DNA of 64,000 bases from a virus (Duplodnaviria > Heunggongvirae > Uroviricota > Caudoviricetes), in the IMG/VR virus record IMGVR_UViG_3300031718_000177. One strand, 5' to 3'. Shown here in pieces: positions 18,560 through 27,487 of this stretch; position 1 is the first letter of the stretch, and each line of letters begins with the position of its first letter. A program made the position numbers and the translations under genes. Under the pieces are notes generated by a model. That model was given only the letters and a program-made list of their open reading frames with translations. It did not search any database and was not told where the DNA came from.

Positions 18560-19053
18560 TTCTCCCCTTCCTTTGTCTCTTCCTTCTTAACAGTAAGCCA
18601 ATGGTCGAAAGATATAATAAGTTGTTCTAAAGCTTGTAGAACAAAAGCTATCCCTTTTAACTCAAATTGTACCTCTATCTTATTATTGCTGATATTGCGT
18701 ATCATTACAAGAAATGCTCTATCAACAATCTCAGGCAATCCTACTTCCCTCGTCTCTTTGGGTATAGCAATGATAAATTCACGGTGTTCGCCACGTTTAA
18801 CCCACATACCGAGCGGGCCGTCATCTTGGACAGGGACAAACTTTCTTTTGAGGAAATAGTTCCTGGTCATACGCTTACAAGCAAGACTGGTATCTTTTAT
18901 ATGAACACGCTTATGGAGACGTGCCAGCTGTTTACGTTCCTCTATCTTTGTAGCCTCTGTCTCAAGGCTTCCCTTAATAATATCATCGATGGATGGTTGG
19001 ACAGATGGTTCAGGCATAATTAAACGTCCATTGCGGGATTCTTTTTGAGCCAC
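18556..19053 (-). CDS. hypothetical protein (likely true start at the internal Met near 19017, MPEPSVQ…)
   Basis: The ORF-track start lies inside the conserved NPAMDV-coding repeat of the upstream gene; TAAttATG junction. Confidence 0.45.
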   Translation of the reverse strand: MAQKESRNGRLIMPEPSVQPSIDDIIKGSLETEATKIEERKQLARLHKRVHIKDTSLACKRMTRNYFLKRKFVPVQDDGPLGMWVKRGEHREFIIAIPKETREVGLPEIVDRAFLVMIRNISNNKIEVQFELKGIAFVLQALEQLIISFDHWLTVKKEETKEGEK

Positions 19054-19391
19054 ATAGTAAAATCTTTATTTAACGAAACTTCTGTCTTTCTCGATTTGAC
19101 TATCCACCGATAAAACTGCCATCCCTTTTTGGGATTCAATGAGAATATCGCCGAATCATGGCATCGTGAGCAAGTCATTTCAATGGTGTCTCTAGTCTCA
19201 AAATCGGTAATAAATATTATACTACCACCGTTCTTGGGATAGCCAGTAGTTATCTTAAATCTTTCTTTCTTGATAGAATCTTTATCTGATGCCCAGTTGT
19301 GGAAACCCAAACTACAAAGCAGTCCCTCGAAAAACTTGTTCATGTTAAACATCCATTGCGGGGTTTCTGATTGGTGTTTGATAGGAGGCAA
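19020..19391 (-). CDS. hypothetical protein ending in NPAMDV (likely true start MNKFFEG near 19343)
   Basis: C-terminal ...KKNPAMDV*; contains a CxxC...C..H stretch (MTCSRCHD). Confidence 0.45.
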   Translation of the reverse strand: MPPIKHQSETPQWMFNMNKFFEGLLCSLGFHNWASDKDSIKKERFKITTGYPKNGGSIIFITDFETRDTIEMTCSRCHDSAIFSLNPKKGWQFYRWIVKSRKTEVSLNKDFTMWLKKNPAMDV

Positions 19392-19614
19392 TATCGACTT
19401 TCACTTTACTACGCTTGCGGACTTCCGTGATTTTCTTTTTAGGTTTCAATGTTTCAACAGATACGTCGTGTGCCAAAGTAGTATCTAATCCTATCCAACG
19501 CTGCTCTTCCTTGACCTTACGGAATGCTTCTTTTTTACTAGCTGCCTTTACAGTGAAAAAGCCTTTAGCTTTTAGTACGAACGGGACTCTAAATGTTTTA
19601 TACTTAGCCATCAC
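19345..19614 (-). CDS. hypothetical basic protein ending in NPAMDV
   Basis: 89 aa, Lys-rich; C-terminal ...IRNPAMDV* encoded by the same conserved 20-nt element as the next gene. Confidence 0.45.
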   Translation of the reverse strand: MMAKYKTFRVPFVLKAKGFFTVKAASKKEAFRKVKEEQRWIGLDTTLAHDVSVETLKPKKKITEVRKRSKVKVDIASYQTPIRNPAMDV

Positions 19615-20063
19615 TATTCTTTCGCAGCGAACTTCTCAAGAAACATCTTATAACGATCCGGCATGTAGTCAGAAGGTAAGCAATGTTCTGGGGCCAACGG
19701 TTCTGTAAGAATATCGCCAGCAAGCAATCCCTTGATAATCTTCGCATATTCCTTGGCAACTTTCTTACGTTCGGATTCTTTCGTAGCAACACTAAACCTT
19801 GTAACTAATAGATCAAGATTTTCTAGTTGTTCATCGTGCTTACGTTCTTTGACTTTCTCAACAGGGGCTTTCCCGCTAATAAGCCGTTCCAGTTTCTCTC
19901 GTTCTTTTTTAGCACCTACCCCCTTACCTAGTCGGAAGTCCAACGCAGCTAATTGCTGCTTAGGAGTACGTTCGGCTCTATCAAGAGAGCGTTTCTTTGC
20001 TTCCTCAATCCGAACATTTTTGGAACTCATGCTAACCTTTCTATTCGGGCAACTTGTCGCCAA
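19614..20063 (-). CDS. hypothetical protein
   Basis: 149-aa ORF. Confidence 0.5.
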   Translation of the reverse strand: MATSCPNRKVSMSSKNVRIEEAKKRSLDRAERTPKQQLAALDFRLGKGVGAKKEREKLERLISGKAPVEKVKERKHDEQLENLDLLVTRFSVATKESERKKVAKEYAKIIKGLLAGDILTEPLAPEHCLPSDYMPDRYKMFLEKFAAKE

Positions 20064-20391
20064 GAAAAAGCCTTGCTTTGACCCACGGACAATCGTGACT
20101 GTGATGTTTCAGATTACGCCCAGCATATAATCCCTTTCGGGGTGGCATTCCTCCGCACCATACACAACCGCCTTGTTCGTCTTGATTCATCGGGTCAGAT
20201 GGTGCTAATTCTTCTATAAGACCAGAAATATTTTCGACCTTTATATTATCTACGTTTAAACCCATGATAAACTCGGCACGCTCTTCATTCGTCGCTAGGT
20301 TCCACGCTGCTTTCAACATGTCTCGCGGATTACCCACGAGTGTTCCATCAGATAATTTTATATAAGGAGGAGGCCCAAGTGGATTGCTCAT
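20041..20391 (-). CDS. hypothetical protein
   Basis: 116-aa ORF with CVWCGG...HSHDCPW Cys/His motifs. Confidence 0.45.
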   Translation of the reverse strand: MSNPLGPPPYIKLSDGTLVGNPRDMLKAAWNLATNEERAEFIMGLNVDNIKVENISGLIEELAPSDPMNQDEQGGCVWCGGMPPRKGLYAGRNLKHHSHDCPWVKARLFLGDKLPE

Positions 20392-20696
20392 TTCATTTTC
20401 CCGTCCAACATCGGAAGTTTCTTGGTCAAAACAGTATAATCTTTATCTTCGCCTTTGATAATCTCAATTACAACGTCTTCGTGTATAAACTCAATATTCT
20501 TGTGTTGGGGCTCGCCCTTAGTGTTGTAAGTACAGGTGGGTTCGCCAAGCCCGGCTTCCTTACATAACCCTACTATTTCTCTACGTAAATCCCTACTTTC
20601 GTTTGTTAAATCAGTTATACTTTGACCTATTTCTACTATTCTGGTAATCTTACGCAAGATTTCATTATGGAGTTTGACCATTTTTGACTTTACCAA
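20388..20696 (-). CDS. hypothetical protein
   Basis: 102-aa ORF; ATGA overlap. Confidence 0.45.
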   Translation of the reverse strand: MVKSKMVKLHNEILRKITRIVEIGQSITDLTNESRDLRREIVGLCKEAGLGEPTCTYNTKGEPQHKNIEFIHEDVVIEIIKGEDKDYTVLTKKLPMLDGKMK

Positions 20697-20769
20697 GTGA
20701 AATCATTGGAAATGTACGACGATTTAGAAATATCTGATTTCGCTTTACGAACCCTTTCTTTACGACGTG

Positions 20770-21303
20770 CTAGTTCCCAGGCTTCTCTGTTAAAGAATTT
20801 TGAGATGAACATTCTTCACTCCTCATAATCTCCTCAATCGGAATATTGGCAGTTGCTAAAGACAATCCACCGCGTTTATTTTCTAAATAAGCATTCTTTA
20901 ACATAATAAACTCTTCAGTATAACCGAATCTTACGGGGTTAGAGTATTGTTTTGGTTCCTTTGGCAGCCACAATACTAAGTCATCAAACGAAGGGTTATT
21001 TATGTTGTAAGGTTCGCACTCTACATACCATTTCTTGTCGGCTGATGCTTTAACATGTATATCTATATTAAACTCTGCAACAGGATAGTGGAGGGCGAAG
21101 GGTTTATTGGGGATAGCTTCATATGTTATATTTAATACCCTGCCTATCCTATAGTACCATAAACTAAGATAAACATTACCCAAGGTAAGCAATTCATCTA
21201 TCGGTACTGGTGATACTTGTGATTCACAAGATTGTGCTAAATCTTCACTCGGATATGATGTTTTACATATCTCGCAAATATATTGTGTTATGGCTTTAAC
21301 CAT
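20770..21303 (-). CDS. hypothetical protein
   Basis: 177-aa ORF; its start overlaps the upstream stop (TAATG). Confidence 0.5.
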   Translation of the reverse strand: MVKAITQYICEICKTSYPSEDLAQSCESQVSPVPIDELLTLGNVYLSLWYYRIGRVLNITYEAIPNKPFALHYPVAEFNIDIHVKASADKKWYVECEPYNINNPSFDDLVLWLPKEPKQYSNPVRFGYTEEFIMLKNAYLENKRGGLSLATANIPIEEIMRSEECSSQNSLTEKPGN

Positions 21304-21587
21304 TAGATATCAATGTGTCTTACAATCTCTATTTGTGGAACACAACTCGGCTTGGTTAGTGAAATAAACGGAGGTTCATTACTAAAGAATATATGATGAA
21401 TGACTACGCCCATAATCCAGATAGAACCAATAAATAATGTTATAAAACATGTCCACCAGTATTGTGACCCTCCCGCAACTTGAAGGGCAAAAACAACATA
21501 GGCTACACCGGCAGGAGGGATAAGAAATGTAAGAATGCCTGTAAGTAAAGTATTTATAGCGTATTCTGCTATCTTACGTAAAATCAT
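21303..21587 (-). CDS. small membrane protein (3 TM)
   Basis: 94 aa hydrophobic; its 3' end is a 30-nt element duplicated at 21592..21625. Confidence 0.45.
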   Translation of the reverse strand: MILRKIAEYAINTLLTGILTFLIPPAGVAYVVFALQVAGGSQYWWTCFITLFIGSIWIMGVVIHHIFFSNEPPFISLTKPSCVPQIEIVRHIDI

Positions 21588-21610
21588 ATATCAATGTGCC
21601 TGACAATCTC

Positions 21611-21751
21611 TATTTGCGATTCTACCGTGGGGATTTGTGTAAACTTCGCTTTAACAAAATCTATGAACATTATTGTAAGCCCTAGTATGGCAATTGGAAT
21701 AATAGGAAAAAATATACATACAGCAACGGCATTTTCAATGAAAACAGTCAT
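21611..21751 (-). CDS. small membrane protein (46 aa), likely a paralog of 21303..21587, sub-threshold
   Basis: Hand translation MTVFIENAVAVCIFFPIIPIAILGLTIMFIDFVKAKFTQSPTVESQ; ATGA overlap with the upstream gene stop; shares the 3'-junction repeat. Confidence 0.35.
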
Positions 21752-22029
21752 ATACCTTCACCCATCACCATATCCAAAATATTGTCAATGACAATTCCGT
21801 TCCCTTGGCCAACAACCCAACGGCTACCGTCGCCATCTACACTCTCTATTTGGCACTGCATAACAGGCCAAGTGCCGTTAGCTTTCTTACGCTCAATAAC
21901 TGGCTTATCCCAAACTACTTCGGGACTCTCGAAGATTTCTATCACCTTGCCGATTCGGCCAAAGGCATAAACTAAATCACCAACTTTAGCATCTTTCATT
22001 TTGTCTCTCCAATCGAGTCTTCGCCCCAA
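21748..22029 (-). CDS. hypothetical protein
   Basis: 93-aa ORF. Confidence 0.45.
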   Translation of the reverse strand: MGRRLDWRDKMKDAKVGDLVYAFGRIGKVIEIFESPEVVWDKPVIERKKANGTWPVMQCQIESVDGDGSRWVVGQGNGIVIDNILDMVMGEGI

Positions 22030-22328
22030 TCATCTAGTTTATCATCGTCGGTTGCCATAAAGAGATTTATACCAGCACGATGATGAGAGCCATTAGGAGG
22101 ATAGATGATAGTTATAGTTTCGCCATTATCAAAACTTATGCGATATTCTTCGTTTGCTTTCTTAACACCTGCAACCTTATGTCCTACCAGCTTATTATAA
22201 AACGCTACCTGCTTTTGTATTCGTCGTTCCCACCTACGATCCACCTTATCTTCATGCTTCCACATGAAGATGACTGTACCTATTATTAGGACAGCAGGCG
22301 CCCACATAAAGATTGTTGAAAACTTCAT
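21996..22328 (-). CDS. membrane-anchored protein (paralog 1)
   Basis: 110 aa; N-terminal TM; its paralog lies immediately upstream. Confidence 0.5.
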   Translation of the reverse strand: MKFSTIFMWAPAVLIIGTVIFMWKHEDKVDRRWERRIQKQVAFYNKLVGHKVAGVKKANEEYRISFDNGETITIIYPPNGSHHRAGINLFMATDDDKLDDWGEDSIGETK

Positions 22329-22630
22329 TTTGGTGCCTCTTGGTTGGTTAGATTAACCTTTTCCGTAGCGAAAAAAATGTTTACGCCATCACGACGTGAG
22401 ATATTAGGTGGGTAGACAAGTATCATCGTATCACCCGTATCAAAGTCATACGATATTCATGCTACTGACTCAAACTCTGTAACCTTATGCCCAACCAATT
22501 TTTGGAAGATAAAAGTTTGTTTTTGTATTAGTTTCTCCTGTCCGGTTTTTTCTTGTTTCATATAAAGCCATCCGAAGACAGCCATACCTACGAGAATAAC
22601 AATCGTAGTCCACGCAAGAATTGTTCTCAT
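22325..22630 (-). pseudogene. tandem paralog of 21996..22328 interrupted by an in-frame TGA at 22457..22459
   Basis: Hand translation: 57-aa MRTILAWTTIVILVGMAVFGWLYMKQEKTGQEKLIQKQTFIFQKLVGHKVTEFESVA, then TGA, then in frame ISYDFDTGDTMILVYPPNISRRDGVNIFFATEKVNL…; both halves align to the downstream 110-aa paralog. Confidence 0.5.
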
Positions 22631-22637
22631 CTTTTCC

Positions 22638-22871
22638 TCACAACTTAAAATGTTTATTCTCGTAAATCAACCGCTTGCCTTTTTCTGGTCCTTCATCACC
22701 GTCAAGGACTTCAACTCTAATAATGGCTTGATAAGGCATATCTTTACGAGAATAAGGGTTCTCGCTCAACGCTTTAACAGCACTAGCGAAATCCCTGCAT
22801 CTTACTTTAAGATAAGCAGAAACTCTACGACCAGCCCGAGATAAATAGACAATTCTAGTGATGACTTGCAT
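22638..22871 (-). CDS. hypothetical protein
   Basis: 77-aa ORF. Confidence 0.4.
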   Translation of the reverse strand: MQVITRIVYLSRAGRRVSAYLKVRCRDFASAVKALSENPYSRKDMPYQAIIRVEVLDGDEGPEKGKRLIYENKHFKL

Positions 22872-23760
22872 TTCTCTCCTTCATTATCTCGTCATAAGCC
22901 TCTCCAACTTCCTTGAATCTTTGTATCGCCCCAGGACTCTTGTTAAGGTCTGGATGGTGCCTACGGCGAAGTTGTTTGTACCTTTTAGTAAGTTCTTCAG
23001 TTGATATGGTTCTCTTAACATCAAGAACCTTATAGTAATCTTTGGTGAGCAACCGCCACGCAGCCGGACGACTAAAGACATAATACCATCCATGTACAGC
23101 ATTTACAAGGTCATCGTGGGCGAAATCCGTATATCCATCAAGAAACCTCTCAAACGCCTGTCTCGTATCCCTCAGATAAGACATTGACAGACATTCCTCA
23201 AAGTTATCGTATCTCACTGAATACGATAATCCTACTCTCAGTAGGATGGTAAATAGCGATATACGAAACCGACGCTGCGTCCAAAACGGCGATATTCTCA
23301 TTCGTATAACACCGGGAACATCAATAGGATTAAATACTGTTTTTTTAATCTTTAATCTTGTTTCTACTTGGTCAATAAAGTATGCTACCGATTGAAATAA
23401 CTTTCCTGTTTCGATGTCCTTGTTAGTACCTAGTGTGAATAATAATCTTTCTTGTTTTATTTTAGAATTAAACCATGCTTTAAGGAATTGTTCCCGACTT
23501 CTATAAAATGTTTTAGAGTCAATAAGAGTAGCATACGCTCCTTTTAATTTGCCTATATCTGGATTTTTGCTCTTCCATTTAAGATTATTACCAAACTTCG
23601 GATGGGTTATATGCCATGCTTCTTTTGTGAGCGTTATTTTGTAGTTCTTGTAGAGAGTATGGATAAAAACAGCACCATCCTTGATTTCTGCCGAGATAAT
23701 ACCTGGATTGTCCCTAACTCCTGCATTACGTAGTAATTCAGCAGCAACTTCCTTCTCCAT
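22855..23760 (-). CDS. J-domain protein fused to a member of the W-x2-S-x-LRR...TALLK family
   Basis: C-terminal DnaJ J-domain with HPD (DYYKVLDVKRTISTEELTKRYKQLRRRHHPDLNKS…); central RISPFWTQRRFRISLFTILLRVGLSY aligns with three paralogs elsewhere. Confidence 0.7.
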   Translation of the reverse strand: MEKEVAAELLRNAGVRDNPGIISAEIKDGAVFIHTLYKNYKITLTKEAWHITHPKFGNNLKWKSKNPDIGKLKGAYATLIDSKTFYRSREQFLKAWFNSKIKQERLLFTLGTNKDIETGKLFQSVAYFIDQVETRLKIKKTVFNPIDVPGVIRMRISPFWTQRRFRISLFTILLRVGLSYSVRYDNFEECLSMSYLRDTRQAFERFLDGYTDFAHDDLVNAVHGWYYVFSRPAAWRLLTKDYYKVLDVKRTISTEELTKRYKQLRRRHHPDLNKSPGAIQRFKEVGEAYDEIMKERNASHH

Positions 23761-23797
23761 GTTTCATCTCATCACGTTCGATCTCGTCTAGAATGTG

Positions 23798-26700
23798 CTA
23801 TATTCGTCTTTCATATGCTATATTCTCCGTAAGCGAAACTCGAACGTGGTTAGGAGGTAATAACTTGGTAATCTTACCACGACGCATACCGTTAACCAAA
23901 AACTCATCACCCACCTTGAAGCCGCGAAGTTCTTTAGGAACTTCCTCGTCGTAATGTTCAACGTCACTGGCGAAAAACGACAGGCCCGGATTTCCTTCTC
24001 CAAATGACAGTGACCGGACATATAAAACATCTCTTTGCCTATTACCATTAGTAGAAGGTGCTATCTCAGTAATATCTCCGATACAACCTTTACGATTACC
24101 TCGTATAATTCTAACTTTATCACCAACCCCGAATGTTGAAGATTTCTCGTGTTCCAGAAGATCTATATTTACAAAAGCATGGCTTCCACTGCCAAGCATA
24201 ATATCAACCGTTTCTCCACCAATCTTCCAAATCGTTCCGCTTAAAGCACCTTTCGCATAATTTACAAAATCTCCAGCCTTGAACTTGCTGGGCAGTGTCT
24301 CTCCCTCTGCAAGGTTCGTTTCATCAACATGCTGTAAGCGTTCAAGTCCTACTGGTGAATCGTAATCCCAGGATGGATTGCCACGATCCGCAATAAAGCG
24401 TTTCAGGCCGGTAGCAACACCAACCTTGTACTCTAACACACCGTTATTATATGTTCCTTCGCTACCAGAGTAATCAGTGCTGTGAAGCGGGGCATAATGT
24501 CCCTCTCTTTTGATATTGGCTTGACCATTAGTAATTCCTATAATAGTGCCTCGCCATACTGCTACGCCAGGACATGAAGAAAACCTAACTCTATCGCCAA
24601 CCTTGAATGTAGTATAGTTATCGGGAAGTTTGACAAGTTCCTTAAACGGAAAAGGATATCGAGTGTTTGTGATTTCCGTTTCTTGAGCGGCCTGTAGGAC
24701 TGCAATTCTTTCGGCTCCAGCCAGATGCCCAGCATTGTATATGTCGCATATCTTACCGCAGCATGTTCCTTTGTAATCTCTTACCGTGTCTCCGATCTTG
24801 AATTGTTCTTTATGAGGAACAGGCGGTTTCTCTCGCTCTAATTTATCGTAAGGGCAAGGGATATTTACAAGGCTGCCCTCGGTATTTACTTCGATATATG
24901 CCAAATTATCATATGGTCCACTCTTTCCCCTGTTTTCAATACTCCGAAGGATACCCCTGTATGTCTTACCGTTTGACGTATATTGCACCCTTTCGCCAAT
25001 GGCCGGTCGGAAGATAGGTAATGTCTTTGTCTTTTCTGGTTGTTTCGTTAGAAAATCAACCTCAATATAGTCACTAGGGGCAGAATGCTCATACTCGTGA
25101 GGGCCAAAATACGCCATCGCAGTACTGTAAGCCATCTTTCCAAAAGAAAGAATAGGACGATATTCTTTATGGCAAGCACTTTTAGCCATATCGCCAATAT
25201 GGAAAGTGATGTTGTGTTTATTGGTGGCAACTACAAGTTTGTCTACATTGTCTGGCTTCGGTTGTTTCTCTAAAATATCAATGTCGCTTCGATATTCCCG
25301 AAAATTGCCTATTTGTTGATCACCTTCGGTTCTAATAGCAATTATTTGTTCGCCAATATGCTCAAAACGCTTGATGGGGAGCCAACCAGGATAGTCAGAT
25401 TTCGCACGAACCATATCACCAACAGTGAAGGTAATGCCACGTTCATTGATAGCAGTTGTAAGTTTATCTTCGTTGTCTGGTTGTTTCTCAACCAACTTTG
25501 TAATATCAGTATTTTCGTGAACTACGTTATCCGCCAACCAATAACCATCTCCTTTTATTCCAACCTCGTTTCTTCCATCAGGGAGTAGAGTTTCTACTGT
25601 AAAACCATAACCCATTTCTTTACCATTAAAGTGCCTCACTCTATCACCGACCTTGAATACTTGTCCATATTTATTAGGTTTAGTAGTAGTTGGCTTTTCC
25701 TCTTTCACTGCATTGTTAGCCAAGCAAGATATGGTTTTGCCGGTGAGAGGTTCGGTAGGGTGAGTTTCATAATGAAATATAACTATCGCACCCTTCGAAC
25801 CGCGTCCAAATCCTTTAATCTCTTGATAACCAGCCATCATTGATAAATCGCGACGAGCCATATCACCAATGCGGAAATGGACACCTTGCTTGTTTATGAC
25901 TTCTGTAATTTTTTCGTTCGGATCATATTTAACTGTCTCTCCGGTCTCGAATGCAGACCAGCCGTCATTCGCCGGAATAACTGGTTTGGGCAACTCTTCG
26001 TGCTTGGAATAATCGCCTACCCGAGTTATATTAACATCTCCAGTTAGGCCATCTCGAATGTCCGCAGCAGTCAAATACTCTGTAAAGCCATCTCTATCTG
26101 GTTTGGGTTCAGGAGGAGGATATTGGGCGAACTTTGACGGGACATTATTTTGCTTTACAACAAATGCTTGTAGTTTTTCGTATTCAGTTTTCCAGTAATC
26201 ACGGTCTTTCGTCAATATTCCATATTCTCTTTTCCAGGTGATATCACGCTTCTTAAAAAGATCAAGTTCCATTCTGTCAAGTTCCATCTTCGCTGCTTCA
26301 TACGATAATCCTTCTGTATGTTGATGTTGAACATCAGCCACCGCTTTATTTGTCGCTTGTATAACCTTATTGGTTTCATTGAACTTCTCTAGTATAGCGA
26401 AGGAATACCAAGATGATACAGGGCAAAGGCCGCGACAAAGTGCCACTTTTTTTCCAAATCGCTCCGCTATTTCTTTGATTTCCATTTTATTAACTTCAGT
26501 ATGCTCCTCGCCCTTGAAGACAACATAATTGCCAACTTGGAATTCACTGGTTTCACTTTCGTCAAGGGCAAGAAGCTGTTTTTTAAGATGATCGTCTATT
26601 ACTATCTTATTACCATCGACAACAACATGATCCCCGACCTTGAAAAGAGGCGTAGGTTTGGCGTGTTGTAAATAACGAACATTGTAAAATCCACTCAAAC

Positions 26701-27484
26701 CACTTAATTTAGCTCCTGTATCAGAGCCCCACTTATTTGGAGTCAATGATTCTATCTTGTGGGTCTCAGTGGGATCGTGGCCATTGTAGGATAAACGTTC
26801 ATTCCTAACCGTAACTTCGTCCCCAACCTTGAATTCACTACCATCAGACGTAGCGACATTGTTATACGAAACGACACCAACCTCAACCGGCTGGAACTTA
26901 TTCCGTAATTCATCTCCTAGAAGATTAGCACACCTTTTACTATGAAAACGGACGGCCTGCCGATAATCAGAATGCCATGTTGAATCTTTCGTCCAGTAGA
27001 ATACTCCGTCCGCAATCTGTCCTTTTTCATTACGTCGTATAATCCAATCTTGAGGACAATTCGCACCGTTAGACTCTTTGGACTTCTCTAAATTATTAGT
27101 ATGTACGTTCCACTCTATCCCGTTATCATCAACGCAATACGCTACATTACCCATCGGATTAAAACTCTTGATAGTTACATTTATTGGTTCTGAATGGACA
27201 GAACGTAGCCAATCGTGAGTGTGTCTGAAGTGAGCAACAACTTTATCCCCAACCTTGAATGGTTCATAAACATCATACTTCGGATTGGGGTCTAAGCCCA
27301 CTTCCTTACACCTACTATTTATCTGCTCCACAAAGTCAGCAAAGCCGATAGGGTCAGATGGCAGAGCCTTACCACAGGTATAGGGATATACAAAAGACAT
27401 TGGTTTAAGGGACATATCGACCTTGCCGTGTTCAACTTTCCTAATTGGCAATCCAGCAATCGCTTTGACTAGGTTTCTAAACAT
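23798..27484 (-). CDS. giant leader-bearing repeat protein (1228 aa) with 13 or more F-[KR]-[VI]-G-D-x-V SH3/KOW-like repeats
   Basis: N-terminus MFRNLVKAIAGLPI; repeats FKVGDKVVAHF, FKVGDEVTVRN, FKVGDHVVVDG, FRIGDMARRD, FKVGDRVRHF, FTVGDMVRAK, FKIGDTVRDY, FKVGDRVRFS, FKAGDFVNYA, FGVGDKVRII, FKVGDEFLVNG. Confidence 0.7.
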   Translation of the reverse strand: MFRNLVKAIAGLPIRKVEHGKVDMSLKPMSFVYPYTCGKALPSDPIGFADFVEQINSRCKEVGLDPNPKYDVYEPFKVGDKVVAHFRHTHDWLRSVHSEPINVTIKSFNPMGNVAYCVDDNGIEWNVHTNNLEKSKESNGANCPQDWIIRRNEKGQIADGVFYWTKDSTWHSDYRQAVRFHSKRCANLLGDELRNKFQPVEVGVVSYNNVATSDGSEFKVGDEVTVRNERLSYNGHDPTETHKIESLTPNKWGSDTGAKLSGLSGFYNVRYLQHAKPTPLFKVGDHVVVDGNKIVIDDHLKKQLLALDESETSEFQVGNYVVFKGEEHTEVNKMEIKEIAERFGKKVALCRGLCPVSSWYSFAILEKFNETNKVIQATNKAVADVQHQHTEGLSYEAAKMELDRMELDLFKKRDITWKREYGILTKDRDYWKTEYEKLQAFVVKQNNVPSKFAQYPPPEPKPDRDGFTEYLTAADIRDGLTGDVNITRVGDYSKHEELPKPVIPANDGWSAFETGETVKYDPNEKITEVINKQGVHFRIGDMARRDLSMMAGYQEIKGFGRGSKGAIVIFHYETHPTEPLTGKTISCLANNAVKEEKPTTTKPNKYGQVFKVGDRVRHFNGKEMGYGFTVETLLPDGRNEVGIKGDGYWLADNVVHENTDITKLVEKQPDNEDKLTTAINERGITFTVGDMVRAKSDYPGWLPIKRFEHIGEQIIAIRTEGDQQIGNFREYRSDIDILEKQPKPDNVDKLVVATNKHNITFHIGDMAKSACHKEYRPILSFGKMAYSTAMAYFGPHEYEHSAPSDYIEVDFLTKQPEKTKTLPIFRPAIGERVQYTSNGKTYRGILRSIENRGKSGPYDNLAYIEVNTEGSLVNIPCPYDKLEREKPPVPHKEQFKIGDTVRDYKGTCCGKICDIYNAGHLAGAERIAVLQAAQETEITNTRYPFPFKELVKLPDNYTTFKVGDRVRFSSCPGVAVWRGTIIGITNGQANIKREGHYAPLHSTDYSGSEGTYNNGVLEYKVGVATGLKRFIADRGNPSWDYDSPVGLERLQHVDETNLAEGETLPSKFKAGDFVNYAKGALSGTIWKIGGETVDIMLGSGSHAFVNIDLLEHEKSSTFGVGDKVRIIRGNRKGCIGDITEIAPSTNGNRQRDVLYVRSLSFGEGNPGLSFFASDVEHYDEEVPKELRGFKVGDEFLVNGMRRGKITKLLPPNHVRVSLTENIAYERRI

Positions 27485-27487
27485 TGA

